A stretch of DNA of 64,000 nucleotides from Dehalococcoidia bacterium (GCA_965262485.1 OZ253540.1:2660182-2724181), one strand, 5' to 3'. Shown: positions 18,975 through 28,752, counted from the stretch's first letter. Numbers and translations: made by a program. Notes: generated by a model from the sequence alone, not told the origin.

Positions 18975-19307
18975 ATGATCGTACGTATCTTCACCGGCGA
19001 CGACGGCGAATCCCACTTCCAGGACGTTACACCCGACGAATTCGCCGAGATCGCCAACAACGTGGGCTCCGGTGACATCACCGTTGGACAACGGCCTCCG
19101 GGGTGGTGGGATGATTACCACACCGCTCCGCGGCATCAGTACGTGGTGTTCATGTCCGGCGGCGCCGAGATAGAAGTCGCAGATGGCGGCAAAAGGCAGT
19201 TTGGGCCCGGCGATGTTCTGGTGGCAGAAGACCTTACCGGACACGGCCATATCATCCGCAACACCGGGGAAGAAGCCCGGATCTCGCTGGCAGTGCCCCT
19301 AAAGTAA
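18975..19307 (+). CDS. Small cupin-like protein, paralog 3
   Basis: DGESHF, DYHTAPRHQY, AEDLTGHGH. Confidence 0.87.
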   Translation: MIVRIFTGDDGESHFQDVTPDEFAEIANNVGSGDITVGQRPPGWWDDYHTAPRHQYVVFMSGGAEIEVADGGKRQFGPGDVLVAEDLTGHGHIIRNTGEEARISLAVPLK

Positions 19308-20002
19308 GGCAATTACATACCTAATGTACACCGCCGTTTAGTACAATCGCCACCACGCCACGTAAACCCAAGAAACGGCGTAATCTGAGACAGTCCGACG
19401 AACTAGCGATAGCACAACACCATCGCGGACTGCACGCCGCAGCAATGTAGTTGCCGACGCTTGTGGTAAAGTGGGATGATGGGGGGGTTATGGCAACGGC
19501 TTACACCAGAAAGGCTGCTACGATTGCACTTTATGGCGTCGCCGTTCGGGGCGGCGGCCGCAACTTATTTGGTGACGTATTATGCGACAGGTTGCAACTG
19601 GCCGTCGGTTATTGACAACTTCCATGACTTGGCGGAGTATGCCAGCATCAGCGTAATCCTTTACGGAGCGGCAGCCGTCGCCTCGGAGTTAACAGTAATC
19701 TGGGGAGGTAAGGCCATGCTTTATGGCATAACAGAACTCGTCCGAACTTGGCGCGAAATAAAGAAGACACAGCGGAATGACGCCGTCCGTATTGTGAGCC
19801 AAGAGAACGTATTGACGGCAGACGCCATTAGGAGCAATCCTACGCTGCAAGCCAATCCCGAACTGGCCGCGGAGGTCTTGGCCGAACTGGAGCGCGGACC
19901 GGCTAGGGCAGGAAGGTAGCTGGAGATTGCGTTTTTGTGCCGGTCGATGCCGGTTTTCTGGAATTGGCCGTTTCCGGCGGTGTACATAAGTATGTAGTCG
20001 CC
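19308..20002. mobile_element. Non-autonomous IS1595-type cassette carrying a passenger gene
   Basis: Ends GGCAATTACATACCTAATGTACACCGCCG / CGGCGGTGTACATAAGTATGTAGTCGCC; perfect 8-bp TSD TAAAGTAA (19300-19307, 20003-20010); extra inner end at 19445-19455. Confidence 0.85.
19479..19919 (+). CDS. Small membrane protein (passenger), paralog of 2129..2509
   Basis: Two hydrophobic segments; TGgTAAAGT extended -10 just upstream; internal GGAGGT-N6-ATG at 19716. Confidence 0.72.
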   Translation: MGGLWQRLTPERLLRLHFMASPFGAAAATYLVTYYATGCNWPSVIDNFHDLAEYASISVILYGAAAVASELTVIWGGKAMLYGITELVRTWREIKKTQRNDAVRIVSQENVLTADAIRSNPTLQANPELAAEVLAELERGPARAGR

Positions 20003-21306
20003 TAAAGTAATTGGGGTCGCGCTTCGCCGGCCAGCAAACGTTGCAAGTGAATATAACCCTGCTGTTGTCGGGCGGTTTTCGCCACCCGTCCCCAGCGTGG
20101 TTCTTGCAATAATGACGCCAGTTGCCGCGTAATCTCGTTCTCGCCAAGCAGACCGTAGCCACGATACAGACTCAGCATGGCGTGTGCCCCGGCAACGTCG
20201 CCCGAAGCCAAGCGCCAGCCGTGGAGCAACGGCAACACTGCGTTCACGGCGATGTCTCGCGCCCTGCCGGCGCCAATGGGCGCAGTCTTTTCGCCCTCCC
20301 TACCGTTCACGGCCAGGGACTCGGTCATTCGGGAAGGCGCCCCACTCGACGCCGCTCGCCACAATCCCGCCACCAGCCCGGTTACGCTGTAACGGTCGAC
20401 GAGCGCCGCCGCACCCGTCAGCCGCCTCGCCGGGTGGTTGGCCGGACGCACGCGAAACAGTCGCCATTGTTTCTTATCCAGAGGCGCACCCAGACCGGAC
20501 GGAGGCCACCACACTGGACGACTCGTGCCAGGGTTTAAGCCGGCCCAAATCATCAACCAGCTCCGCAATGCCTCGATTCGTTCGCCAGCAGGAATGTCCC
20601 TGACGGCGTGGGTTAGCTTCCCGATGGGTACGGCGCCGGCCAACTCCACCATCGCGTGCTGATTATGCCGGTATCCCAACGCCCGGAGGATTGCTTCCCA
20701 AAGCAATTGACCCGGTGGCTCCGTCTCCAGCGAGTTGCGCACGAGGATGCTACGGGACAAAAACCGCTCGTCACCGGCCCGGTTCAGCAGCGCTGCCATC
20801 CGGTCGGCCGAGTTTGGCCGTTGGTATCCGTATTGGGACAGCATTCGCCACAATCGTTCGGCTGCCTCGCCATTCGAGGACTCATCGTCAGCGGCGGTAA
20901 TGTCCAGCAGGGAGCGCAATCCAACCACCGGAGGGGATACGCCGCTGTGGGTAACCGCCGGAACAGCATCGGGTTCCAGCGCAACATGCAGGGCTACCCC
21001 GTTGTAGTTGGGATCGTGCTGGTGCCGGTGGGCCCGCCAATCCCGTTGCCGTAGATGGACTTCCACATCTCCGTGAACCAGACCTTGTCCTTCCACCAGC
21101 AGCAGGGCATCGCGAAAGTCCGGGCCGGCGGTGACGCCCGGTCGGCCAGGGTACAGTACCCGAACTCTGGCCCCTTTGTCCGTATGCAGGTCGGCGCTGC
21201 GCGCCGCGCGTCGTTCCCAAAGGTTAGCCAGCTGTTTCTCTGTAATGGGCAGCATCGGATGGTCCCGCGAGTTCCCTGCCGGTTCACCTGCTTTATGATT
21301 CGCCAT
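20002..21306 (-). CDS. DUF2851 family protein
   Basis: PG..GPDFRDA, GDVEVH, HQHDPNYNGVALHV, RVRPANHPARRL, DIAVNAVLP; start uncertain. Confidence 0.85.
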   Translation of the reverse strand: MANHKAGEPAGNSRDHPMLPITEKQLANLWERRAARSADLHTDKGARVRVLYPGRPGVTAGPDFRDALLLVEGQGLVHGDVEVHLRQRDWRAHRHQHDPNYNGVALHVALEPDAVPAVTHSGVSPPVVGLRSLLDITAADDESSNGEAAERLWRMLSQYGYQRPNSADRMAALLNRAGDERFLSRSILVRNSLETEPPGQLLWEAILRALGYRHNQHAMVELAGAVPIGKLTHAVRDIPAGERIEALRSWLMIWAGLNPGTSRPVWWPPSGLGAPLDKKQWRLFRVRPANHPARRLTGAAALVDRYSVTGLVAGLWRAASSGAPSRMTESLAVNGREGEKTAPIGAGRARDIAVNAVLPLLHGWRLASGDVAGAHAMLSLYRGYGLLGENEITRQLASLLQEPRWGRVAKTARQQQGYIHLQRLLAGEARPQLL

Positions 21307-21469
21307 CACGTAACACCGTATGAACAGATACCATCCGTAGATACCATCCGCGCTCGCCCTGCGTCTATGGCCTACTGTCATTACGTGTGGCGACCGTCCG
21401 CCACCGCCGCCGTTTTCACGATAACTGTGATAATGGCAGCACGTTATTGACGTCAGGAGGTTTCGCGGC

Positions 21470-21615
21470 TGTCATTGCGAGCGTAGCGTGGCAATCTCGT
21501 CGGCGTAGCAATGGTGGTTGCCGACGTGTGTTCAACCTCAACGAGATTGCCACGTCGCTGCGCTCCTCGCAATGACAGTAGGCCGGTTTGGTTTGATAAA
21601 GTGGGTACGCGTGGG
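21470..21615. repeat. Family A element (core plus right end)
   Basis: GTCATTGCGAGCG..TCGCAATGAC..AAAGTGGGTACGCGTG. Confidence 0.8.
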
Positions 21616-21619
21616 CGGT

Positions 21620-21741
21620 CAGGGCCTTTTCAAAGTTGTGGATATTAACCACCCGCTCGTCCTGAGCCTGTCGAAGCACGGTCGCCGATGGTTCGACAAG
21701 CTCACCATGAGCGGAGGTCGGAGGACTTTGAAAAGGCCTTG
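21620..21741. mobile_element. ISAs1-type MITE carrying a family C payload
   Basis: TIR CAGGGCCTTTTCAAAGT/ACTTTGAAAAGGCCTTG; 9-bp TSD GTGGGCGGT. Confidence 0.85.
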
Positions 21742-21873
21742 GTGGGCGGTTATGCCGGCTTGCCGATTATTCCGGCGCGGCGTAGAATGACGAAACTAAC
21801 AGCAGGTAAGGGAGTGCGTCCGCAACCGGCGGCGACACCGTTTATCAAACCCAGCGATTGAGGTGAACCGGTC

Positions 21874-23088
21874 ATGGCAGAAGCGAAAGGCCCCCTGGAT
21901 GGAATCCGCGTAATCGACTTGGGTCGGCATCAGGCCGGTCCTCGCTGCGCACAGGTACTCGCCCGTTTGGGTGCAGAAGTTATCAAAGTCGAACGTCTGG
22001 GCGGAGAAGAAACCCGTTATCACGCCCCCTGGGTTCGCAAGCAGTCCGCATACTGGGTGCAATACAACAGCGGCAAGAAGAGCCTGAGCATCGACCTCCG
22101 CAAGGAGCAGGGCAAAGAAGTGCTGAGCAAGTTGGTTAAGGTCTCCGACGTGCTGTTGCAGAACTTCCGCCCCGGCACGATCGCCACCATGGGCTTCGGA
22201 TACGATGTTCTCTACGAACTGAATCCCCGCATCATCATGGTCAATGTGTCCGCCTATGGACAGTTTGGGCCCTATAGCGACCAGATTGGATATGACCCCA
22301 TCGGTCAAACCATGTCCGGCATTGCGATGGTTACCGGAGAAGAGGGAATGCCGCCCATCCGCGCCGGCGTGCCCATCATCGACCGCACCACGGCGCTGCA
22401 CGCCGCCATCGGAACTCTGGCCGCCCTGCATGAGCGGGAATCCTCCGGAGTGGGACAAACTATTGATGCCTGTCTCGCCGACACCGGATACAGCTACACT
22501 GAGATTCCCATCACCGCCTACCACGGCGCGGGCATTGAGCCCAAGCGCGGCGAATCAGCTGCTCCTCCGTCCGGCACCTACCCCTGCCAGGACGGCTGGG
22601 TACTGATCTCTGCCGGCGACCAGCACCACTGGCATCGCGTTTGCAACGCCCTGGGCAAGCCCGAATGGTTGGAAGACCCTCGCTTTACCACCCGCCACGA
22701 GCGCGGCAACAACGGCGAGGTGGTGAACCAGGCCATGATCGACCTGATGGCAAGCATGACCATGAAAGACGCCATCGCCCACTTCACGCACCACGACGTG
22801 GTGGCGGCGCCGGTGAACACCATCGCCCAGGCAGCCCAGGACCCGCATCCGTGGGAACGGCGCGCAATGGTCGAGGTTCCCGACTTCCTGGCTGGCAGCA
22901 TCGCCGTCTCCGGAGATTTCTGGCATTTCAGCCGGACCCCAGCCGTTATCGGCAGCACGCCCCAGGTGGGTGAGCACAACGAGGACGTACTCACCGGAAT
23001 GCTCGGCTACACCGAGGACGAAGTCCAGACGATGTACGAGGCCAACGTCATCGGCACCTTCCATCATTACGACGAAATCCCCGGCTAA
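21874..23088 (+). CDS. Family III CoA-transferase (CaiB/BaiF)
   Basis: PLDGIRVIDL, LGAEVIKVE, NSGKKS, QNFRPG, GYDPIGQ, GEHNEDVL. Confidence 0.93.
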   Translation: MAEAKGPLDGIRVIDLGRHQAGPRCAQVLARLGAEVIKVERLGGEETRYHAPWVRKQSAYWVQYNSGKKSLSIDLRKEQGKEVLSKLVKVSDVLLQNFRPGTIATMGFGYDVLYELNPRIIMVNVSAYGQFGPYSDQIGYDPIGQTMSGIAMVTGEEGMPPIRAGVPIIDRTTALHAAIGTLAALHERESSGVGQTIDACLADTGYSYTEIPITAYHGAGIEPKRGESAAPPSGTYPCQDGWVLISAGDQHHWHRVCNALGKPEWLEDPRFTTRHERGNNGEVVNQAMIDLMASMTMKDAIAHFTHHDVVAAPVNTIAQAAQDPHPWERRAMVEVPDFLAGSIAVSGDFWHFSRTPAVIGSTPQVGEHNEDVLTGMLGYTEDEVQTMYEANVIGTFHHYDEIPG

Positions 23089-23223
23089 GCAGTAGCCAGC
23101 AATCCTCTCTGTGGGAGGGGATGAACATAACATTCAAAAAGGGGCGGGCGCCAAACCCGTCCCTTTACGTTATGCGTAGCTACTAACGTGGGTACGCCCC
23201 TCACCCCCGGCCCCTCTCCCACC

Positions 23224-24555
23224 CTGACAGGGGTAGGTATGGGCTGAAATCGGGTTGCGACATAGCTTGGGAAGGCGCACCGCCATCCAGCATCTTGGTT
23301 GTGACACGACCAGATGCAGGAGACCCTCGATGCGCCTTCCCAAAGAATGCTATCAGATGCAAAAAACGATTGAAACGCATTTACCTCACCTCTCCCAGCC
23401 ACAATTGACCGGCTTGGCGCTGTGGGTCTGCGGGGCCATCCTCGCCGGCAGCGCCTGCCAGAACGCCGTGGCCTCCGCCCTCTCGCCCGGGAGCAACTGG
23501 TACAACCTGCGCCAGCGCCTCAGGGAGTGGCTCTACGACGGCGGCGACCGCGCGACTCCCTGCCAGACCGAGCTGGACGTAACTCTCTGCTTCGCGCCAC
23601 TGCTGCGGTGGGTCCTCACCTGGTGGCGGTCGGGCGGCCTGGCTTTGGCCATCGACCCAACCCTCAAAGGGGACCAGACCACCGCCATCGTCATCAGCGT
23701 GCTCTACCGCAGTTGCGCCATCCCCGTGGCCTGGCACATCCGGCACGCCGACCAGCCCGGCTCCTGGATGGACCCCACCGTGGAACTGCTGCAAGCCTTG
23801 GCCCCAGCGGTTCCCGAGAATATGACCGTCATCGTGCTCTGCGACCGGGGCATCGCCAGTCCCAAGCTGTGGCAGCAGATACGGGATCAAGGCTGGCATC
23901 CCGGTATGCGCTACCGAAAGAACATCACTTTCTGCGCCGACGGCGGCAAACGATTGCCCGCCCAGCGCTTCGTCTCCCGTCCCGATACGGCGTGGATTGG
24001 CCGCGGCACCGCCTTCAGCACCCCCAAGGCCAAGCGACGTTGCACCCTGCTGGTGGTCTGGTACTCCGAGCAGGAGGAGCCCTGGATCATCCTCACCGAC
24101 CTGGCACCCGATCAGGTGGGTCCCAGTTGGTACGCCTTGCGCTTCTGGATCGAGCTGGGCTTCAAGGCCCTCAAGAGCCTGGGCTGGAAGTGGGACAAGA
24201 CCCGCCGCACCGACCCCACCCGCGTCTCCCGCCACTGGCTGGTGCTGTCGGTGGCTACCCTGCTGGCCCTGGCCTACGGCACCAGGGTGGAAGACGCCCA
24301 GGAGCGCAGTATCGCCCCAGGCAACCTGCGGGCGCCGCCCAAGGACTTGGCTCCCAATCACCGTGACTCCCGTAGCCGTCCGGCGCGCACCGTGAGCGTG
24401 ATCCGCCACGGCATCGACTGGCTCCGGCGCTTGCTGATCAAGGGCCGCCTCTGGAGCCGCGTCTGGCTGCTGCCCGAACCCTGGCCACAACCCAAGCCCG
24501 ACCTGGAGATTACTCGCCATGTCCCACCGTAAAAACCCATACCTACCCCTGTCAG
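23224..24555 (+). mobile_element. IS4-like insertion sequence inserted in a family B palindrome
   Basis: 20-bp perfect TIR CTGACAGGGGTAGGTATGGG; 11-bp TSD CCTCTCCCACC. Confidence 0.92.
23330..24532 (+). CDS. IS4-like DDE transposase
   Basis: LAIDPT, VLCDRG, Y-x2-R-x3-E-x6-K motif (YALRFWIELGFKALK). Confidence 0.9.
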   Translation: MRLPKECYQMQKTIETHLPHLSQPQLTGLALWVCGAILAGSACQNAVASALSPGSNWYNLRQRLREWLYDGGDRATPCQTELDVTLCFAPLLRWVLTWWRSGGLALAIDPTLKGDQTTAIVISVLYRSCAIPVAWHIRHADQPGSWMDPTVELLQALAPAVPENMTVIVLCDRGIASPKLWQQIRDQGWHPGMRYRKNITFCADGGKRLPAQRFVSRPDTAWIGRGTAFSTPKAKRRCTLLVVWYSEQEEPWIILTDLAPDQVGPSWYALRFWIELGFKALKSLGWKWDKTRRTDPTRVSRHWLVLSVATLLALAYGTRVEDAQERSIAPGNLRAPPKDLAPNHRDSRSRPARTVSVIRHGIDWLRRLLIKGRLWSRVWLLPEPWPQPKPDLEITRHVPP

Positions 24556-24589
24556 CCTCTCCCACCGGGAGAGGGGGACTGCCGTTTTA

Positions 24590-24690
24590 CATCGATGGAC
24601 AGGATGAACAGGATTTTTGGGTGTTACGTGTAACGGGATTGCCACGTGGTTCGGCGGGCTCGGGATGAGCGGAAGATCCTCGCAATGACA
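24590..24690. repeat. Family E (GGATGAACAGGAT) plus family A half-unit composite
   Basis: Reverse-complement match to ~52092-52157. Confidence 0.7.
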
Positions 24691-24817
24691 ACCGAGAGAC
24701 CGCGCCGTTGCTGGCTGTCGTCTTACCTATCCATTGCCGGTGTGCTACGATACCCGAACGATTGCACCGAACAATTGCAGACCGATCCGAAACCCGGAAT
24801 CACCGGAGGGAGCAGCT

Positions 24818-25924
24818 ATGAAAGGACGAATTGTAGTCGTCAAAGAGTACGGCAAACCCTTTGAAATTCAGGAGTACGATGTCCCCGAACCACAACCGGG
24901 GGCAGTCCTGCTGCGCATGACCCAGGCTGGCATCTGCGGGTCCGACCTGCATACGTGGCGGGGTGACCAGACGCAGGAGCACTCGCCGCTCCCTGAGACT
25001 GGGCGCGTGATGGGACACGAGGGCACGGGCGTTATCGAATACCTTGGTGACGGCATCGATTCCGACTACTACGGCAACCCGGTTCAGGAGGGCGACCGCG
25101 TCGTCTACGCCGCTGTGTTCCCGTGCTACCGTTGCCACATGTGCCTGCGTGGAGCCACCAACTGGTGCGCAAACCGGCAGTATCCGGCCGCCGGAAACTG
25201 GCCCTATTTCACCGGAACCTATGGGGACTTCCTCTATTTGCCCCCAAGGCATCCCTTCTTCCGCGTCCCGGATGAACTGCCCGACAACCTGCTCGGACCG
25301 GTCAATTGCGCCATGGGTACGGTTACCACCGGCCTCGAGCGCGCCAACATGAGCCACGGCCAATCGGTCGTAATCATGGGGGCCGGCGGGCTGGGTCTCC
25401 ACGCCACCGCGATGGCGAAAGAACGGGGAGCCGATCGCGTTATCGTGTTGGACCGCCTGGAAAACCGCCTGGCGTTGGCCGAGGAATTCGGAGCGGACTA
25501 TACCATCAACATTGAGGAATTCAACACGCCCGAAACCCGCGTCCGCCGGGTCCGGGAACTCACCCGTGGCCGCGGCGCCGATGTGGTGATGGAGCTGGTG
25601 GGACGCGCCGATCTGCTGAAGGAAGGCATCGACATGCTTTCCAATGGCGGCACCTTCGTCGAGATTGGTGACATCGTACGCGGCCAGGAAGTGTCGATTG
25701 ATCCGTCCAAACTGCTCCAGGGAAAAAACATTGTCGGCAGCCTGATGTATCGTCCGGCCCTGTTGCCCGAATTGCTGGATTTCCTCGTCCGCAACCAGGA
25801 CCATCTGCCCTTCGACAAGCTGGTGTCCCACACCTTCCCGCTGGCCGATGTCAATGAAGCCTTCGCCCAGGCCGAGTGGAGCCAGCGCCAAACGGAAATC
25901 ACCCGAGCCATGCTGGTGCCTTAG
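24818..25924 (+). CDS. Zinc-dependent medium-chain dehydrogenase
   Basis: GICGSDLH, GHEG, CYRCHMC..C, GAGGLG. Confidence 0.93.
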   Translation: MKGRIVVVKEYGKPFEIQEYDVPEPQPGAVLLRMTQAGICGSDLHTWRGDQTQEHSPLPETGRVMGHEGTGVIEYLGDGIDSDYYGNPVQEGDRVVYAAVFPCYRCHMCLRGATNWCANRQYPAAGNWPYFTGTYGDFLYLPPRHPFFRVPDELPDNLLGPVNCAMGTVTTGLERANMSHGQSVVIMGAGGLGLHATAMAKERGADRVIVLDRLENRLALAEEFGADYTINIEEFNTPETRVRRVRELTRGRGADVVMELVGRADLLKEGIDMLSNGGTFVEIGDIVRGQEVSIDPSKLLQGKNIVGSLMYRPALLPELLDFLVRNQDHLPFDKLVSHTFPLADVNEAFAQAEWSQRQTEITRAMLVP

Positions 25925-25975
25925 GCACAGTTCAAAGGGAATCCGCTCCAAAAGTTAGCCAATTAACAGATGGAT

Positions 25976-26003
25976 GTAGGGGTGAGTAGTCATCCGCCCC
26001 TAC
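25976..26003. repeat. GTAG-type REP hairpin
   Basis: GTAGGGGTGAG..CATCCGCCCCTAC; related GGGGCGGG..CCCG(C/T)CCC hairpins at ~23140 and ~28395. Confidence 0.6.
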
Positions 26004-26054
26004 CGAACAACAAAATGGGAAATTTGAACCAAACGGAAGTAGCGGAGTTAAGTT

Positions 26055-26423
26055 TTGATTATCGAAAAAAATCCGCCCTTCAAAGACGGTATGGCCCCCA
26101 TCCACCCCGGCGAGTTCATTGCCGAAGACCTCGAGGAGCGGGGGATGTCCTCCATCGATTTTGATGCCGCCTTGGCGGTTCCTGCCGGCACCACAGCGGC
26201 GGTAGTGGCCGCACACCTCGACATCACCCCGGAGTTGGCGCTCCGCCTCTCCCGTTACCTCGGCACCACGGCGCAACTCTGGCTGAACTTACAGGCCAGC
26301 TACGACTTGAAAATTGCCGAGCGTAAGCACGGCGATACCGTCGCCGCAGAAGTTACTCCGCTGCCAGGCGTCAGCGAGAGTCCGTACCGGAAGTTCGACT
26401 ATGCCGAAGATTATGGCCGGTGA
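26055..26423 (+). CDS. higA: HigA/VapI family antitoxin
   Basis: PIHPGEFI, ITPELALRLSRYLGTTAQLWLNLQASYDL. Confidence 0.88.
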   Translation: MIIEKNPPFKDGMAPIHPGEFIAEDLEERGMSSIDFDAALAVPAGTTAAVVAAHLDITPELALRLSRYLGTTAQLWLNLQASYDLKIAERKHGDTVAAEVTPLPGVSESPYRKFDYAEDYGR

Positions 26424-26529
26424 TTCAAAGTTTCCGAGACCGGAATACCCGACGGTTGTTCTATGGCGAACCGGCGCCGGCGTTCCAAGGTTTCGGAAGG
26501 CAGGCAATCAGCCGTCTAACGGAGGCGCC

Positions 26530-26883
26530 ATGACTGCCAAAGACGATACGACGCCCGCACATCCGGGCGCAATCCTGACTGCGGAACTCAAGGAACTCGG
26601 TCTTTCCCCCAACGAGTTTGACGCCGCGCTGGCCTTGCCTACCGGCGCTACGGCGGAAATTCGGGCGCCGCGCCGCAGCGTCACGCCCGAGTTGGCTCTG
26701 CGTCTCGGACGCTACTTTGGCACCACTCCGCGATTCTGGGTGGATATGCAGAACGCTTACGACTTGCACGTGGCAGAACGCGAACACGGCGCCGACATTG
26801 CCGCTGAAATTACGCCCCGCATTACTCTTGACGACATCCCCGATTGGGCCGGCGGCAACAAGATTAGCGACGCAGCGAACTAG
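26530..26883 (+). CDS. higA: HigA/VapI family antitoxin, second copy
   Basis: PAHPGAIL, VTPELALRLGRYFGTTPRFWVDMQNAYDL; RBS GGAGG. Confidence 0.88.
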   Translation: MTAKDDTTPAHPGAILTAELKELGLSPNEFDAALALPTGATAEIRAPRRSVTPELALRLGRYFGTTPRFWVDMQNAYDLHVAEREHGADIAAEITPRITLDDIPDWAGGNKISDAAN

Positions 26884-27031
26884 AGCCGGTTGACAATTAG
26901 CAAACCAGCCCGTCACTCCTGCGAAAGCAGGAGTCCAGAGAGGGTATGATGAAAGAATCAGAACCGTGATTCACGACTGCGGCCACTGGATTCCCGCTTT
27001 CGCGGGAATGACGGTATTTGTCAACACACCC
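26883..27031. mobile_element. MITE with IS5-like ends carrying the family D payload
   Basis: GAGCCGGTTGACAA/TTGTCAACACACCC in CTAG context; payload shared with 10421-10525. Confidence 0.75.
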
Positions 27032-27079
27032 TAGCCGACAATCCCACACGAACCCCACCACCACAAGGAGGAACGCCAA

Positions 27080-28150
27080 ATGAAATTTGGATTGATGTAC
27101 GAAATCCAGGTGCCGGAACCTCATTACCCCGGCATTGAGGCCGACCGTTACAAGCAGGTGATGGCCCAGGTTGAGCTGGCAGATGACGTTGGCTTTGACT
27201 ACTTCTGGACGGTGGAGCACCACTTCCTGCGGGAGTTTTCCCACTGTTCCGCCCCCGAGGTGCTCTACGGAGCCATTTCTCAACGCACCAAGCGCATCCG
27301 TATCGGCCACGCGGTAGCCCTGCTCCCCGGAGCTTACAACCATCCCGTGCGGGTCGCGGAGCGCGCCGCGGTGCTGGATATCCTCAGCGACGGGCGCATG
27401 GATCTGGGCACCGGCCGCTCCACCACTCTCATTGAAATGGACGGCTTCGAGGTCGATCCGGAGACGACCAAAGCCCAATGGCGTGAAGCCATCGGCATGA
27501 TTCCCCGGATGTGGACCGAAGACCCCTTCTCCCACGCGGGAGAGTTCTATAACATCCCGCCGCGGTCGGTCATTCCCAAGCCGGTGCAGAATCCACACCC
27601 GCCCATGTGGATGGCCTGCAGCCAGCCCGCATCCTTCGGTGAGGCCGGCGATTTGGGCGTTGGCGTCCTTTGTTTCAACCTGGGTGGCCATGAACAATTG
27701 GTCGAGCGCGTGCAGATTTACCGTGACGCGGTGAAAAACCCCCATCCCATCGGCAGTATGGTCAACGACAACATCGCGGCGCTGTGCATGGTTCACGTTG
27801 CCGAAACCGACCAGGAAGCCTACGATGCCGCCGCCCGGGAGGGTGAGTGGTTCGTCGCCAAGGCCGAAGACCTGTACAGCCCCTGGCAGGGTCGGGCAGT
27901 GCCCGAAAGCTACCGCTTTGCCGTTGACGCTATCCAGACCGAGCGGGTCAACAAAACCGCCGACGACCACATTGAATCCGGCGCGTTCGCGATGGGCAGC
28001 CCGGAGACGGTCATCAAGACCATCGAGAAATACCGTGAGGCCGGCGTCGATCAGATTCTGTGCTTCATGCAGATGGGCAACCTGCCCCACAGCAACATAA
28101 TGAACAGCATCCGCCTGTTCGGCAAGCAGGTGATACCGCACTTCCTGTAG
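27080..28150 (+). CDS. Luciferase-like (LLM) flavin-dependent monooxygenase
   Basis: MKFGL, WTVEHHF, HPVRVAE, DILSDGR, PKPVQNPHPP. Confidence 0.93.
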   Translation: MKFGLMYEIQVPEPHYPGIEADRYKQVMAQVELADDVGFDYFWTVEHHFLREFSHCSAPEVLYGAISQRTKRIRIGHAVALLPGAYNHPVRVAERAAVLDILSDGRMDLGTGRSTTLIEMDGFEVDPETTKAQWREAIGMIPRMWTEDPFSHAGEFYNIPPRSVIPKPVQNPHPPMWMACSQPASFGEAGDLGVGVLCFNLGGHEQLVERVQIYRDAVKNPHPIGSMVNDNIAALCMVHVAETDQEAYDAAAREGEWFVAKAEDLYSPWQGRAVPESYRFAVDAIQTERVNKTADDHIESGAFAMGSPETVIKTIEKYREAGVDQILCFMQMGNLPHSNIMNSIRLFGKQVIPHFL

Positions 28151-28183
28151 GCCCTTTCTACATTCCCCTCACCCCAAACCCCC

Positions 28184-28430
28184 TGTCATTGTGAGGAGCG
28201 TAGTCGCTCATGGTGAGCCTATCGAACCACGTGGCAATCCCGTCCGAACCCCCTCTCCCTTGATGGGAGAGGGTTGGGTGAGGGTGAACCCCCGCTCGTG
28301 CTGAGCCTGTCGAAACATCATTGCGCGACCCTCATCGAGATTGCCACCCCCGCATCAAGTACGGGCTCGCAATGACCGTTATCGCTCCGGGAAAAGGGGC
28401 GGGATTGAAACCCGCCCCTGAATCATTCGG
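28184..28430. repeat. Mosaic of family A, B and C palindromes between convergent genes
   Basis: Successive GTCATTG.., CCCTCTCCC.., TGAGCCTGTCGAA, GAGATTGCC..CAATGAC and GGGGCGGG..CCCGCCCC units. Confidence 0.75.
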
Positions 28431-28449
28431 CCTCAATGGCGAGGCTGCA

Positions 28450-28752
28450 TCAGTCTGATGATGGCAGCTGTTTCGCTTCCTGCAATTCCATCGGCTCGCC
28501 GTTGAGCCGCAAATCGCACTTGCCGGCTTTGGTGACCAGCACCGAAACGCCGCCGTCGGCGGAGGACAGGCGCTTGCCCATGGTTACCTCCGGTGCATCA
28601 TCTGCGGATGACGCGCCGGCAAAATCGACGCTGGCGCCCTTTATTTGCAGGAGTATGTCGCCGTCTGTCAAATCGCCCTGGCCGCTCGCCTTGCTGACGA
28701 TTAGCTCAGCCCCTCCGGGGCCAACGTACCGCTGCCCTGTCTTCAATTCCAT
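28450..28752 (-). CDS. Small conserved hypothetical protein
   Basis: MELKTGQRY..LIVSKA..MGKRL..VLVTKAG..GEPM..AKQLPSSD two-repeat pattern. Confidence 0.75.
   Translation of the reverse strand: MELKTGQRYVGPGGAELIVSKASGQGDLTDGDILLQIKGASVDFAGASSADDAPEVTMGKRLSSADGGVSVLVTKAGKCDLRLNGEPMELQEAKQLPSSD

Noticed and set aside
18569-19307. Near-duplicate cupin genes as a DGR template/variable repeat pair
   Set aside because: Differences are not adenine-specific, both are full ORFs, and no reverse transcriptase is present
21416-21790. Short ORFs containing CHCEERSDVAIS or LPTCVQPQRDCHV
   Set aside because: Translations of the family A repeat, not genes
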